From the NCBI GenBank assembly GCA_902464015.1, contig CABQHM010000008.1, positions 6,253 to 70,252 of the forward strand: a stretch of DNA of 64,000 bases, in the 5' to 3' direction. The translations under genes and the position numbers were made by a program. Source of the stretch: an uncultured Coriobacteriales bacterium (GTDB taxonomy: Bacteria; Actinomycetota; Coriobacteriia; Coriobacteriales; UMGS124). The notes beneath the pieces are model-generated. The model had not been told where the DNA came from. It saw nothing but the letters and a program-made list of their open reading frames with translations, and did not search any database. Shown here in pieces: positions 43,390-53,213 of this stretch; within the stretch, counting starts at the first letter, position 1; each line of letters starts with the position of its first letter.

Positions 43390-45024
43390 ATGGCACGTAA
43401 GACCACGAAGAAGGAAACCGAGCTAACGCTTGAGGATGCGTTGTGGAACTGTCGTGTGGCGCTTCGCGGCGTGGGCAGCATCGAGAAGAACCGTGACGCC
43501 GTTATCAGCCTGGTGTTCCTGAAGTTCGCAAGCGACAAGTTCGAGGCACGCCGCGCCGAGATTCCCGCTGAGGTGAAGCAGAAGCAGGGTATTGACCCCT
43601 GCCCCGAGTTCATGCTGGAACAGCCTTCCTTCTATAACGCTGCCAACGTCTTCTATCTGCCTCGTGAGTCGCGCTGGCAGTACCTCGTCGACAATGCCTC
43701 GGCAAACGACATCGCCAGCAAGATCGACAAGGCCATGGCCGACGCCGAGCGGGAGAACCCTGCGCTGAGGGGTGCTCTGCCGCTTAACCTGTTCTCCACC
43801 CTGGGGGCCGAAATCCGCTCTGTGAAGTCGCTTATTGACAACGTAGGCAAGATTGACCGCAGCCGCTTTCACGAGGAAGACCTCATCGGGCGCGTGTACG
43901 AGTACTTTCTGCAGTCGTTCGCGGTGGGCAGCTCCAAGGAGGACGGTGAGTTCTATACGCCGGCCAGCGTGGTACAGCTCATTGCCGAGCTCATTGAGCC
44001 CTACGAGGGCGTGGTGTACGACCCCTGCTGCGGGTCGGGCGGCATGTTCGTGCAGTCGCACAAGTTCGTCGAGAAGCACAACGGCAATCGCAGTGCCATC
44101 TCGATTGTGGGCCAGGAGTCCAACTCCGACACCTGGCGGCTGTGCAAGATGAACCTGGCCATACGCGGCATCGCCAACAACCTGGGTGAGAAAGCCGCGT
44201 CGAGCTTCACGGCCGACCAGCACAAGGACAAGAAGGTCGACTACATCATGGCCAACCCGCCGTTCAACCTGAAGAACTGGCGCAGGGAGGATGAGCTTAC
44301 GAAAGATCCCCGTTGGATGGGTTACCCTGTGCCGCCCGTCTCCAACGCGAACTATGCCTGGATTCTGCATATGATTTCGAAGTTGGATGTGAACCACGGT
44401 GTCGCGGGGTTCTTGCTGGCCAACGGCGCCCTCAACGCCGACGGCGACGAGGGTGCGATTCGTCAGAAGCTCATCGAGAACGACAAGGTAGAGGCCATTA
44501 TCGTGCTGCCGCGCGACATGTTCTATACCACCGACATATCGGTGACGCTGTGGATTCTGAACATGAACAAGGACGCCTGCGAGCGCAACGGCCGCCGACT
44601 GCGTGACCGGCGCGGCGAGGTGCTGTTTATGGACCTGCGCACCTGGGACGAGAACGTCGAGAAGTACAAGCTGGACAAGAACAAGACCAAGAAGAAAACT
44701 GTGCTCACGTCCGAGCAGATCTCGCGCGTGAAGGACATCTTCGAAAGTTGGCGTTGCGCCGACGGCTGCTATAAAGACGCATCCGAGTTGTGCAAATCTG
44801 TCCGCGTGAAGAGCGACGACTCCGATGAGCTGACCATTGCAAGCCGTGGTTATGTGCTGACGCCAAGTAAATACATCGAGTTTGTTGATCGCGACTTGGA
44901 TATCGACTACGAGAAAGAGATGGGCCGCATCCAGGCCGAGATGAGGGAGCTGCTGGCAATTGAGAAGAAGTCCCAGGCCATGCTCGAGGCCGCGTTCGAG
45001 GGCATTGGCTATGGGATTGAATAG
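43390..45024 (+). CDS. hsdM: Type I restriction-modification system, methyltransferase subunit
   Basis: HsdM N-terminal domain (LEDALWNCRVALRG). SAM motif VYDPCCGSGGMF. Catalytic IMANPPFN. Confidence 0.9.
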   Translation: MARKTTKKETELTLEDALWNCRVALRGVGSIEKNRDAVISLVFLKFASDKFEARRAEIPAEVKQKQGIDPCPEFMLEQPSFYNAANVFYLPRESRWQYLVDNASANDIASKIDKAMADAERENPALRGALPLNLFSTLGAEIRSVKSLIDNVGKIDRSRFHEEDLIGRVYEYFLQSFAVGSSKEDGEFYTPASVVQLIAELIEPYEGVVYDPCCGSGGMFVQSHKFVEKHNGNRSAISIVGQESNSDTWRLCKMNLAIRGIANNLGEKAASSFTADQHKDKKVDYIMANPPFNLKNWRREDELTKDPRWMGYPVPPVSNANYAWILHMISKLDVNHGVAGFLLANGALNADGDEGAIRQKLIENDKVEAIIVLPRDMFYTTDISVTLWILNMNKDACERNGRRLRDRRGEVLFMDLRTWDENVEKYKLDKNKTKKKTVLTSEQISRVKDIFESWRCADGCYKDASELCKSVRVKSDDSDELTIASRGYVLTPSKYIEFVDRDLDIDYEKEMGRIQAEMRELLAIEKKSQAMLEAAFEGIGYGIE

Positions 45025-46099
45025 AGTTCGGCTGGGCGACCTGATTGAGCCCTGCTATGGCGGTAATGAAGATGGGCGTTACGGGGTTGATGCCGTCTAC
45101 GGTATTTCCGTTGATAAAGAATTCATAAAGACAAAGGCTGACCTGAACGGCGTTTCGCTCAAGAGCTATATCACGGTTGAACCCAAGAGCTTCGCTTTCG
45201 TTATGGTTACGTCTCGAAATGGCGGGAAGATTTCTGTTGCTTTTAATCATTCCGACAGAACAATACTCGTCTCATCTTTCAATGCCGTGTTTCGTCTTAG
45301 CAATCGAGGGCGTAAAGAGTTACTGGAAGAATTCCTGTTTATGTACTTGAACAGGTCAGAGTTTGATCGATATGCCCGAATGAACTCGTGGGGCTCTGCG
45401 CGTGAACGTTTTTACTTTAGTGATATGTCAGATATTATTATCGATTTGCCGTCGATTGAGGTGCAGCGGAAGTATGTCGCTATCTATGAGGTGATGCTGG
45501 CGAACCAGCGCGCTTATGAGCGGGGCCTTGATGACCTCAAGCTGAGTTGCGACGCGCTTGTTGAAAAGCTCATGCGCGAACTGCCGCCCGTCGCAATCGG
45601 CCCCTACATCGAGCAGAGCGATGCCCGAAACGGTGAGGGCAAATACGGGGAAGAGGATGTTCGCGGACTGTCCGTCAACAAATGCATTATCGAGACTAAC
45701 GCAAGCCTCACTGAGGTTAATCTTGGGAACTATAAGGTTCTTTGCCCAGGTGAACTTGCGTATGTTGCGGACACATCAAGGCGCGGCGATAAGATTTCCA
45801 TTGTCTTAAACGAAACAGATGACACGTTCATCACTTCCGCAATCAATACGGTCTTTCGTGTCAAGCAAACAGCAGAAAGAGAACTGTTACCTGATTACCT
45901 GATGCTGTTCTTCGGGCGCACCGAATTCGATCGTTATGCCCGTTTCAAATCTTGGGGCAGCGCGCGCGAGACGTTTGACTGGGACGAGATGTGCGAGGTC
46001 AGCATTCCTTTACCTAGAGTTGAGGTCCAGCGCTACGCAGTTGACCTGTACCAGGCCTGGCGCATGCGCCTGTCGATTAATGAGAGGCTGAAAGCCTAG
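45011..46099 (+). CDS. hsdS: Type I restriction-modification system, specificity subunit
   Basis: ATG 45011 overlaps the hsdM stop by 14 nt. Two target-recognition halves, each ending in the conserved FDRYAR..SWGSARE.F and helical spacer regions. Confidence 0.85.
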   Translation: MGLNRVRLGDLIEPCYGGNEDGRYGVDAVYGISVDKEFIKTKADLNGVSLKSYITVEPKSFAFVMVTSRNGGKISVAFNHSDRTILVSSFNAVFRLSNRGRKELLEEFLFMYLNRSEFDRYARMNSWGSARERFYFSDMSDIIIDLPSIEVQRKYVAIYEVMLANQRAYERGLDDLKLSCDALVEKLMRELPPVAIGPYIEQSDARNGEGKYGEEDVRGLSVNKCIIETNASLTEVNLGNYKVLCPGELAYVADTSRRGDKISIVLNETDDTFITSAINTVFRVKQTAERELLPDYLMLFFGRTEFDRYARFKSWGSARETFDWDEMCEVSIPLPRVEVQRYAVDLYQAWRMRLSINERLKA

Positions 46100-46164
46100 C
46101 TTAAGGACATCTGCCCCATCCTCATTCGGGGCTCGATAGAGGAAGTTTTGCGTTAGGGGCCCAT

Positions 46165-49100
46165 ATGGACGGAGACTTCGCAACCCAGAACGGCAAGTTC
46201 ACCGAAGATCAGCTGGAGCAGGCTATCATCGAACTGTTTTGTCAGCAGAATGCCGATGGCGTACGCTGGAACTACGTCAACGGCGAAGACATGCAGCGAG
46301 ACCTGGGCGAGCCCTTGCTCGAAGACCGCCTTCGTGCGAACATCGGTAAGCGCTATGCCGACCTCGATTTGACCGAGGGCGAGGTACAGGCTGTCGTGAA
46401 CGAGCTGAAGTACATCCCCGACACGCCCCTGTACGATGGCTGCCGGGCAACCTACTGGCTCATCAACGAGGGCTACACGCTTGTTCGCGAGGATGCGTCC
46501 GAGCCCGCCGCCCACATCGAGTACATCGATTTCGATGACATATCCAACAACGACATCCTCATCGTGAACCAGTACACGGTGGAGGATGTGAGGACGCGCC
46601 GCCCTGACCTGCTGTGCTTCGTTAACGGTATCCCGCTGGCTATCCTGGAGTTCAAGACCGCCGTTGAGGAGGACAAGAGCATACACGACGCGTGGATGCA
46701 GATATGCGTGTGCTACGCCCGCGACATACCGAACCTCTTGAAGTACTGCTGCGTTGCCGCTATAAGCGACGGCGCCAACAGTCGACTGGGCACGGTGTTC
46801 ACGCCGTACTCGTACTTCTACGCATGGAACAAGGCCAACAATCGTGACAAGGTTTCGAACGGCATCAGCTCGCTTCTCACTATGGTGAAGGGGGCTTTCG
46901 CACCCGGCCGTTTTTTGGCCATCGTCCGCGACTTCGTCTTTTTCCCCGACGACGACAAGCGCGAGATCGAAATCGTGTGCCGCTACCCGCAATACTTTGC
47001 CGCTACGAAGATGCTCGACAGCGTCTGCGCTCACCTGAGGCCTGCCGGCGACGGCAAGGGCGGCACGTACTTCGGCGCCACCGGCTGTGGCAAGACCTAT
47101 ACGATGCTGTTCCTGACGCGCCTGATGATGCTGCGGCGCAGCCACGAGCTGGGCAACCCCACCGTGGTGATAATCGTGGACCGCGAGGATTTGGACGACC
47201 AGACCAGCGAGCTGTTCGTCACCGCGAAGCAATTCCTGCACGAGGAGGACGTGCGCAGCATTGAGACGCGCGCCGATCTGGCTCGCACGCTTAAGGACAA
47301 GCCGTCGGGTGGTGTGTACGTGACCACCATCCAGAAGTTCAGCGAGGGGATGGGGCTTCTTTCCGACCGCACCAACATCGTGTGCATCTCCGATGAGGCA
47401 CACCGCACCCAGACGGGCGTAGGATCGAAATTGAAAGTAACCGGGGAGGGCGCGTTCACGCGCTACGGCTTCGCCAAGTACTTGCGCGACGGTTTTCCCA
47501 ACGCGACCTACGTGGGCTTCACGGGCACGCCCATCGACGAGACAATCGCCGTGTTCGGTCCCGTGGTGGACCGCTACACCATGAAGGAGTCGAGCGACGA
47601 CGGCATTACCGTGCGCATTGCCTACGAGCCGCGTCTGGCTCGCGTGATGCTCTCCGACGAGCAAGCCAAACAGATCCAGGCCTACTACGACCACTGTGCG
47701 GAGGAGGGCTCGACCGAGGACGCCATCGAGGAAAGCCAGCGCGCCATGAGTTCGATGGCGGTGCTGCTGCGTCACCCCGAGAGGTTGGAGAAGCTGGCGG
47801 TGGACATGGTGGCCCACTACGAGAGGCTCTGCCACGAGAAGCCCGGCGTGGTGCAGAAGGCAATGGTGGTGTGCTCAAACCGCGCGCATGCGTTCGACCT
47901 GCTCAACGCCGTGTTAAAGATTCGCCCCGAGTGGGGTGTGTCCAAGAAGGCTGAGGACGAGGGCGCACTTCCCGCCGAGAAGCTCGAAGAGCTCGAAGCG
48001 CTGCCCAAGATTAACATCGTGGCCACGCGCGGCAAGGACGACCCAAAAGACCTGTTCGATGCCTGCGGCAACAAGGAATGGCGTAAGAAGCTTGACAAGC
48101 AGTTCAAGAATAACGATTCCAACTTCAGTGTCGCCGTGGTCTGCGACATGTGGATTACGGGATTCGATGTGCCGTCGCTTGCGGTCATGTATATCGACAA
48201 ACCGTTGCAGAGGCACACGCTGGTGCAGACGATTAGCCGCGTGAACCGCGTGTTCGAGGGCAAGGACCAAGGGCTCGTCGTCGACTACATCGGCATCAAG
48301 GAGAACATGCTCAAGGCTCTTAAGACCTACGGGGGCGACGACGCGGGGTCGATTGACGAGCTCACGGTAACGCTGGGCATCTTCCGTAACCATCTGGCTA
48401 TGGTCGACGAGCTCATGGCGAACTTTGACTCTGCACCCTTCAGGACGGGTACCCCGCTCGAGCGGTTGACGTGCCTGAACGAGGCGGCCGAGTATGTACA
48501 GCTTTCCAGGGAGACGCAGACACGCTTCATGGGACTGACCCGCGTTTTGAAGTCGGCCTACGGGATTTGCTTCCCCTCGGGCGAGCTCACCGATCGAGAG
48601 ACGTCCATGGCCCAGTTCTACCTGGCCATCCGCTCGATTATCTACAAACAGACTATCGGCGACGCGCCCGATGCCGAGACCATGAACGAGGCCGTGGAAG
48701 AGATGGTGAGGCGCGCCATCAGCTGTACGGGCGTGGAGAACGTGATCGACGCCGACGGCGCCGAGGACCTGTTCGGCGAGGAGATGGCCGCCGAGCTGGA
48801 CGCGGTGAAGATGCCCATTACGAAGTTCAACGCGCTGCTGAAGCTCGTGCGCCGCGCAATCAGGGAGTACGGGCGCACGAACAAGGTGAAGGCAGTGCAG
48901 TTCGACGAGCGCCTGCGCAAGGTGGTGGACGCCTACAACTCGCGCGACAACCTGACGTTTACCAGCGAGGTTGTGTCGGACTTCGTGGACAGCCTGTCCG
49001 ACCAGTTGGTTGCCATACTGAACGACCTAAGGCGAGACAAGGCCTCGTTTGCCGAGATGGGCGTAACCTTCGAGGAGAAGGCGTTCTTCGACATATTGGT

Positions 49101-49383
49101 CAAGGTGCGCGATGACCACGGCTTCAAGTTTGAGGACGACAAGTGCGTCGCCTTGGCTAAGGAGATTGCGAAACTGGTGAACGACAAGGCACAGTTCGCT
49201 GACTGGTCGACCCGCGATGACATCAAAAACCAGCTGCGCATGGACCTGACGATCATGCTGTATAAGAACGGCTACCCGCCCGAGTGGGACGAGGAAGTGT
49301 TCGAGAAGGTCATGGAGCAGGCCGAGAACTTCAAACAGTACGAAGGGCCGACCCGGTATGAGAACTCGACTGTGGGGGTGTGA
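46165..49383 (+). CDS. hsdR: Type I restriction enzyme, endonuclease/helicase subunit
   Basis: N-terminal PD-(D/E)xK region RPDLLCFVNGIPLAILEFK. Helicase motifs GATGCGKT and CISDEAHRTQ. 1072 aa. Confidence 0.9.
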   Translation: MDGDFATQNGKFTEDQLEQAIIELFCQQNADGVRWNYVNGEDMQRDLGEPLLEDRLRANIGKRYADLDLTEGEVQAVVNELKYIPDTPLYDGCRATYWLINEGYTLVREDASEPAAHIEYIDFDDISNNDILIVNQYTVEDVRTRRPDLLCFVNGIPLAILEFKTAVEEDKSIHDAWMQICVCYARDIPNLLKYCCVAAISDGANSRLGTVFTPYSYFYAWNKANNRDKVSNGISSLLTMVKGAFAPGRFLAIVRDFVFFPDDDKREIEIVCRYPQYFAATKMLDSVCAHLRPAGDGKGGTYFGATGCGKTYTMLFLTRLMMLRRSHELGNPTVVIIVDREDLDDQTSELFVTAKQFLHEEDVRSIETRADLARTLKDKPSGGVYVTTIQKFSEGMGLLSDRTNIVCISDEAHRTQTGVGSKLKVTGEGAFTRYGFAKYLRDGFPNATYVGFTGTPIDETIAVFGPVVDRYTMKESSDDGITVRIAYEPRLARVMLSDEQAKQIQAYYDHCAEEGSTEDAIEESQRAMSSMAVLLRHPERLEKLAVDMVAHYERLCHEKPGVVQKAMVVCSNRAHAFDLLNAVLKIRPEWGVSKKAEDEGALPAEKLEELEALPKINIVATRGKDDPKDLFDACGNKEWRKKLDKQFKNNDSNFSVAVVCDMWITGFDVPSLAVMYIDKPLQRHTLVQTISRVNRVFEGKDQGLVVDYIGIKENMLKALKTYGGDDAGSIDELTVTLGIFRNHLAMVDELMANFDSAPFRTGTPLERLTCLNEAAEYVQLSRETQTRFMGLTRVLKSAYGICFPSGELTDRETSMAQFYLAIRSIIYKQTIGDAPDAETMNEAVEEMVRRAISCTGVENVIDADGAEDLFGEEMAAELDAVKMPITKFNALLKLVRRAIREYGRTNKVKAVQFDERLRKVVDAYNSRDNLTFTSEVVSDFVDSLSDQLVAILNDLRRDKASFAEMGVTFEEKAFFDILVKVRDDHGFKFEDDKCVALAKEIAKLVNDKAQFADWSTRDDIKNQLRMDLTIMLYKNGYPPEWDEEVFEKVMEQAENFKQYEGPTRYENSTVGV

Positions 49384-50018
49384 AACCGGGCATGAAAGAC
49401 AAGGTTGAGTTGGCCGCCACGCTTGTTGGCACCGCCGTTGCCGTTTTGACCTATCTGGGAGTCAGCGTTTCCGACCTTTGGGGCCTTGCCGAGAAGCTCG
49501 CCTGGGCCCTTCCCTTCGTGTATGTTCTTGCCGGATTCGCCATCGGATACGGGTTTCATGCGTCCCATGGCCGCTGCGGCCGCAGACCTGAGGTTGTCGG
49601 AGAAGGTGTCGGCCCCACAGAGGAAGACATCAGGGAGAGCTTCCGCTCGGCGCCATTTGAAATCAAGGTGTTCCTCAAAGCGATTCTGGATCATCAGGCA
49701 GCCTATCGGGGGGCGAATGACTACTTTTGGAATCGTTGGTCACAGTCTCTTGCGCAGTTCGTTGTTGTGACCAACATACGCAACGACATATGCAGGTGCA
49801 CGCTGAGAGCCTCTGCGCGGCTGCAGTTCGAACAGATGCCTGACCTGCTCGCCGACGTGACGGATGCCGACGTTCGTATGCACGCCGTAAGGGGCACTGA
49901 AGGTGTGAAACCGCATATCATGTCGGCAGACAACCTGATTTGGTGGTTCTACACCGACGATGAGACGTTGCCAGCCCCTTGTGGCAACATCGGCTTTATG
50001 AGAGGCCGTATGGGATGA
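49380..50018 (+). CDS. Hypothetical two-TM protein translationally coupled to hsdR
   Basis: GTG 49380 overlaps the hsdR TGA (GTGTGA); alternative ATG at 49392. Two hydrophobic helices, then a ~140-aa soluble domain. No family recognised. Confidence 0.55.
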   Translation: MKPGMKDKVELAATLVGTAVAVLTYLGVSVSDLWGLAEKLAWALPFVYVLAGFAIGYGFHASHGRCGRRPEVVGEGVGPTEEDIRESFRSAPFEIKVFLKAILDHQAAYRGANDYFWNRWSQSLAQFVVVTNIRNDICRCTLRASARLQFEQMPDLLADVTDADVRMHAVRGTEGVKPHIMSADNLIWWFYTDDETLPAPCGNIGFMRGRMG

Positions 50019-50216
50019 ATCGGGAGATAGCCTGCTTGTGATATGCCTGCGCACTAGGCTGCGAGGGCGAGCTCGTCTTGGGCGAGCGACTCGGCGTCGA
50101 CGTGGGGATTGCTGCTGTCCAACTCGCACTCTTCTGCCCTCGCATCGGCGCACTATACACGACAACGTTGCGCGGATACCATTAGCCTGCGAGCCCTCAA
50201 CTCCATTCCGCGCAAC

Positions 50217-50266
50217 AAAATAACCCCCGAGCTGCTATTCCAGAAAGTGAATAACGGCTCGGGGGT
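50217..50266 (-). terminator. Hairpin terminator (long loop) after the ferric-reductase-like gene
   Basis: ACCCCCGAGC..26 nt..GCTCGGGGGT. On the minus strand it is followed by TTATTTT. Confidence 0.55.
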
Positions 50267-50296
50267 TTCATGGTGCAGATTGTGCACTGCGTGGTT

Positions 50297-51010
50297 TTAT
50301 GCCCCAGCTACCTCGGGTTTCACGGCGCCTGTCTCCTCTGCCTTCTCTGCCAACGCCCTCTTTGCGCGCAACACGGCGTAGCTGCCAAAAATCGCGGTGT
50401 ACACAAGTGAGGTGAAGGCGGCCTGACCCGATCCGTACACGGCGGAGGGCACGACCATGAGCGTCACGTGGATGTACGTGCAGGCGTAGAACAGGTACGA
50501 CCAGCGCTGCACGGCCTTCCAGGTGGTGGCGTTCATGGCACGCTTCACGAACTTAAACGAAGTGACGCCCAGAACGATGAGCAAAACGAGCAAGATGAGC
50601 GCCACGATGAGGCCGACCACCGTCATAGGCATGGCAAAGCCCAGGCGAATTGCGATGTCTGCCATGCGCGGGATGACCGTCAAATAGAACAGGTGGCCCA
50701 GGCACAGAATCCAGGCGAAGATGCTGAGCTCGCCGCGCGAGGGACGAAGCCGCTGGGCAATGGGGGAATTCTTGGGGAACACGCCCACAAACATCACGAC
50801 CACGAACAGCGCCGTGCCGAGCATGCACTGGTCAACGGCGAAGAAGATGGGCGTCCACAGAAAGCTGGGCAGCGAGAAGAACTTGCCGTACAGGAAAAGC
50901 GCCTCAAGAGCGAATGCGCCAACGTAATACGCGATGGCGTGTTTGCGCATCGAGCGTGCCGCAAACCAGCAGAATGCGACGGCCAGCAGCTGAATAATCA
51001 GGTATTTCAT
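50297..51010 (-). CDS. Ferric-reductase-like (MsrQ/YedZ-type) transmembrane-domain protein
   Basis: Six hydrophobic helices with conserved His positions (LCLGHLFY, TYIHVTLM). The assignment is inference from the pattern. Confidence 0.55.
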   Translation of the reverse strand: MKYLIIQLLAVAFCWFAARSMRKHAIAYYVGAFALEALFLYGKFFSLPSFLWTPIFFAVDQCMLGTALFVVVMFVGVFPKNSPIAQRLRPSRGELSIFAWILCLGHLFYLTVIPRMADIAIRLGFAMPMTVVGLIVALILLVLLIVLGVTSFKFVKRAMNATTWKAVQRWSYLFYACTYIHVTLMVVPSAVYGSGQAAFTSLVYTAIFGSYAVLRAKRALAEKAEETGAVKPEVAGA

Positions 51011-51505
51011 TCCCAGAACCCCTTTGATGTCCCTTGCCTTACCAATCGAGGGCCAATCATAGCGCGCGAAGACGCGACAAAGGGCCCTGCCGCTTATGTC
51101 AAGCTTGCTTGGGGCGCAACAATTGCCGACGGTGCCGAAACCTCATGTTTCGCCACCGAGGGTGGGTTGAGCGCTTTCTCACTTCATCACAATATCTTGA
51201 CGTTCGTACGGGGTGGGGGAATGCCCTTTGTTGTTTTTGCGCGGTGCAGTCCAAGGGCAACGCCCGCTTCCTGGCCGCCGATGAGGAAGGTGCGGCCGAG
51301 AAGTTCGGCGTGTACTGCGGCCATGCTGTGTGCGGGAAACCACCGATGGAGCGAGCAGGACTGGCTCCGCACCCTGCCTCTCAGTTTGCATTCTCGGCAT
51401 TTGGGCAGGTTGATGGGTGAGTTTCGCATGCCTTTGGGCTATGATTGCCGCTTGTGAGCTCCTTTGGACCACTGGTACGCACACCGCCGCGAAGGGTTGG
51501 TTTTC

Positions 51506-52516
51506 ATGCAGGATAAAAAGCGCATCTTGGCCGTCGCCACGGGCGGAACGATTGCCTCCGTCGAGGACGGTCGCGGCCTGACGCCGGGATTGAGCGGCGA
51601 CGAGCTGCTGGCCTACGTTCCCGAGGCCGCAAGCCTGTGCCGCATCGACGTGGTGCAGCCCATGAACATCGACAGCACGAACGTGCGCCCGCGTGACTGG
51701 ATGCACATTCGCAACGTGATTGTGGACGCGTATGACAGCTACGACGGCTTTGTGGTGCTGCATGGCACGGACACCATGGCTTACACAGCGGCGGCCCTGT
51801 CGTACCTGATTCAAGACAGCCCCAAACCCATCGTGCTGACGGGCTCGCAGCAGCCCATGGCCAACCCTTTCACCGACGCCAAACTCAACCTTTACCAGAG
51901 CCTTCTGTATGCCGTAGACGATTCGGCCCACGACGTGTGCGTGGTCTTCGGCGGGATGGCCATCGCTGGCACGCGTGCCCGCAAGCAGCGCACCATGAGC
52001 TTCAACGCGTTTGTCAGCGTAAACTACCCCGAGCTCGCCCTCATCCGCAACGGGCGCGTCATCCGGGCGGGTCGCGACAACAAGCCGCCTGCGGACTCGG
52101 CGCGCTTCTACGACGGGCTCGACGAGCGCGTGTTCGTCCTGAAGCTGACTCCCGAGATGGGTCCGGGCATCTTCGAGCTTCTCAAGCGCGACTACGACGC
52201 CGTCATCGTCGAGACGTTCGGCATTGGAGGTATCCCCGAGCACGAGGACGCCTCGTTTGAGCGTGCCATCTTCGACTGGGTGGATTCCGGGCGCTTCGTT
52301 GTCATCACGACACAGGTGCCCGAAGAGGGTTGCGACCTGGGTGTTTACAAGGTTGGCCGTGCCTACCTCGACCATCCGGGCATCCTCATCGGCGACGACA
52401 TGACAACCGAGGCGCTCGTTGCCAAGACCATGTGGGTTCTGGGCCAGAGCCGCGACCCGCAGTGCGTGAGCGAGCTGTTTAGGCGACCTGTCAATTGTGA
52501 CCGCGCGATGGGCTAG
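51506..52516 (+). CDS. ansA: Type I L-asparaginase
   Basis: ATG 51506. ILAVATGGTIAS and VLHGTDTMAYTAAALSY active-site motifs. Confidence 0.85.
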   Translation: MQDKKRILAVATGGTIASVEDGRGLTPGLSGDELLAYVPEAASLCRIDVVQPMNIDSTNVRPRDWMHIRNVIVDAYDSYDGFVVLHGTDTMAYTAAALSYLIQDSPKPIVLTGSQQPMANPFTDAKLNLYQSLLYAVDDSAHDVCVVFGGMAIAGTRARKQRTMSFNAFVSVNYPELALIRNGRVIRAGRDNKPPADSARFYDGLDERVFVLKLTPEMGPGIFELLKRDYDAVIVETFGIGGIPEHEDASFERAIFDWVDSGRFVVITTQVPEEGCDLGVYKVGRAYLDHPGILIGDDMTTEALVAKTMWVLGQSRDPQCVSELFRRPVNCDRAMG

Positions 52517-52712
52517 GAAAACGATACATAGGCGGGCTGTGTGGCATTTCACCATTGCCGCCATGCTGGTAAAGAGCGTGTTCGACGATGCCGGCTGCGT
52601 TTGATCGCCTCTTCACTCGCCGGTGACGGCCTCTCCTGATGCTGGTCATCCCGAGCGCGCCCACCTTGTCGGGTGGCGCGAGGCATTGTGCAAGGTCGAT
52701 TCCAAGGTCTTT

Positions 52713-52990
52713 TTGGCAGCAAAACGAGTTTCGGAGTAGTTTTCTCGCGTGCGTTGGCAGAAAAATGGGTTTCGGAGTAGTCAAAACGTTCCACAAGGTC
52801 CTCTGTCCGCTCTCTAGGGGTCCTAAGGCAGCGCTGGTCCGCATCCTGACGCCTATTTCTGTTGTTTTTACAACAGAAATAGGCTCTTTAGCAAGCAGTG
52901 ACTTCCTTCTACTTTGAAGCCGCTGCACCGAAACGCGTTTGGCTGCCAGCGCGCCCTTCGGGACTGCACCGAAACGCGTTTCGCTGCCAG
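52713..52990. repeat. Four ~27-bp repeats (two direct, two inverted, each pair 41 bp apart) flanking a perfect 13-bp-stem palindrome
   Basis: R1 TTGGCAGCAAAACGAGTTTCGGAGTAG (52713). R2 TTGGCAGAAAAATGGGTTTCGGAGTAG (52754). Palindrome CCTATTTCTGTTG-TTTTTA-CAACAGAAATAGG (52852-52883). R3 CTGCACCGAAACGCGTTTGGCTGCCAG (52923). R4 CTGCACCGAAACGCGTTTCGCTGCCAG (52964). Confidence 0.6.
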
Positions 52991-53015
52991 CTTGACCCTA
53001 GGAGAACGGTGGGCA

Positions 53016-53042
53016 GGCTCCCCAAAACCGTTTTGGGGAGCC
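53016..53042. repeat. Perfect 12-bp-stem hairpin
   Basis: GGCTCCCCAAAA-CCG-TTTTGGGGAGCC. Confidence 0.6.
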
Positions 53043-53213
53043 TGGGAGGGGTTCACCGGGCGGTCGAGGCCGCCGCATAAGGGTACGGAAGCGCCCCTTG
53101 GTCGCCTGATGCAGACAGGACGCGACAAAAGTCCCCGACGGCCCCGACCGATTGTTGGCGCAGGTGCGGGAGGGGTTTCCGCTGGGGACTACTTACCCAT
53201 CGCTTTCTAGGTG

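Noticed and set aside
51011-51505. The 495-bp region upstream of the asparaginase gene: a possible T-box (CCACTGGTACGCA near 51468) or a gene relic (protein-like stretches FLAADEEGAAEKFGVYCGHAV on plus, HAELLGRTFLIGGQEAGVAL on minus).
   Set aside because: The T-box-like string matches only UGGUAC. There is no specifier loop, AGAGA or terminator/antiterminator pair. The short protein-like stretches are mutually antisense and have no start or family signal. The region is left unannotated.
52713-52990. A repeat array as a possible CRISPR.
   Set aside because: There are only four units, in two opposite orientations, with unequal spacers (14 nt and 142 nt) and no cas genes.
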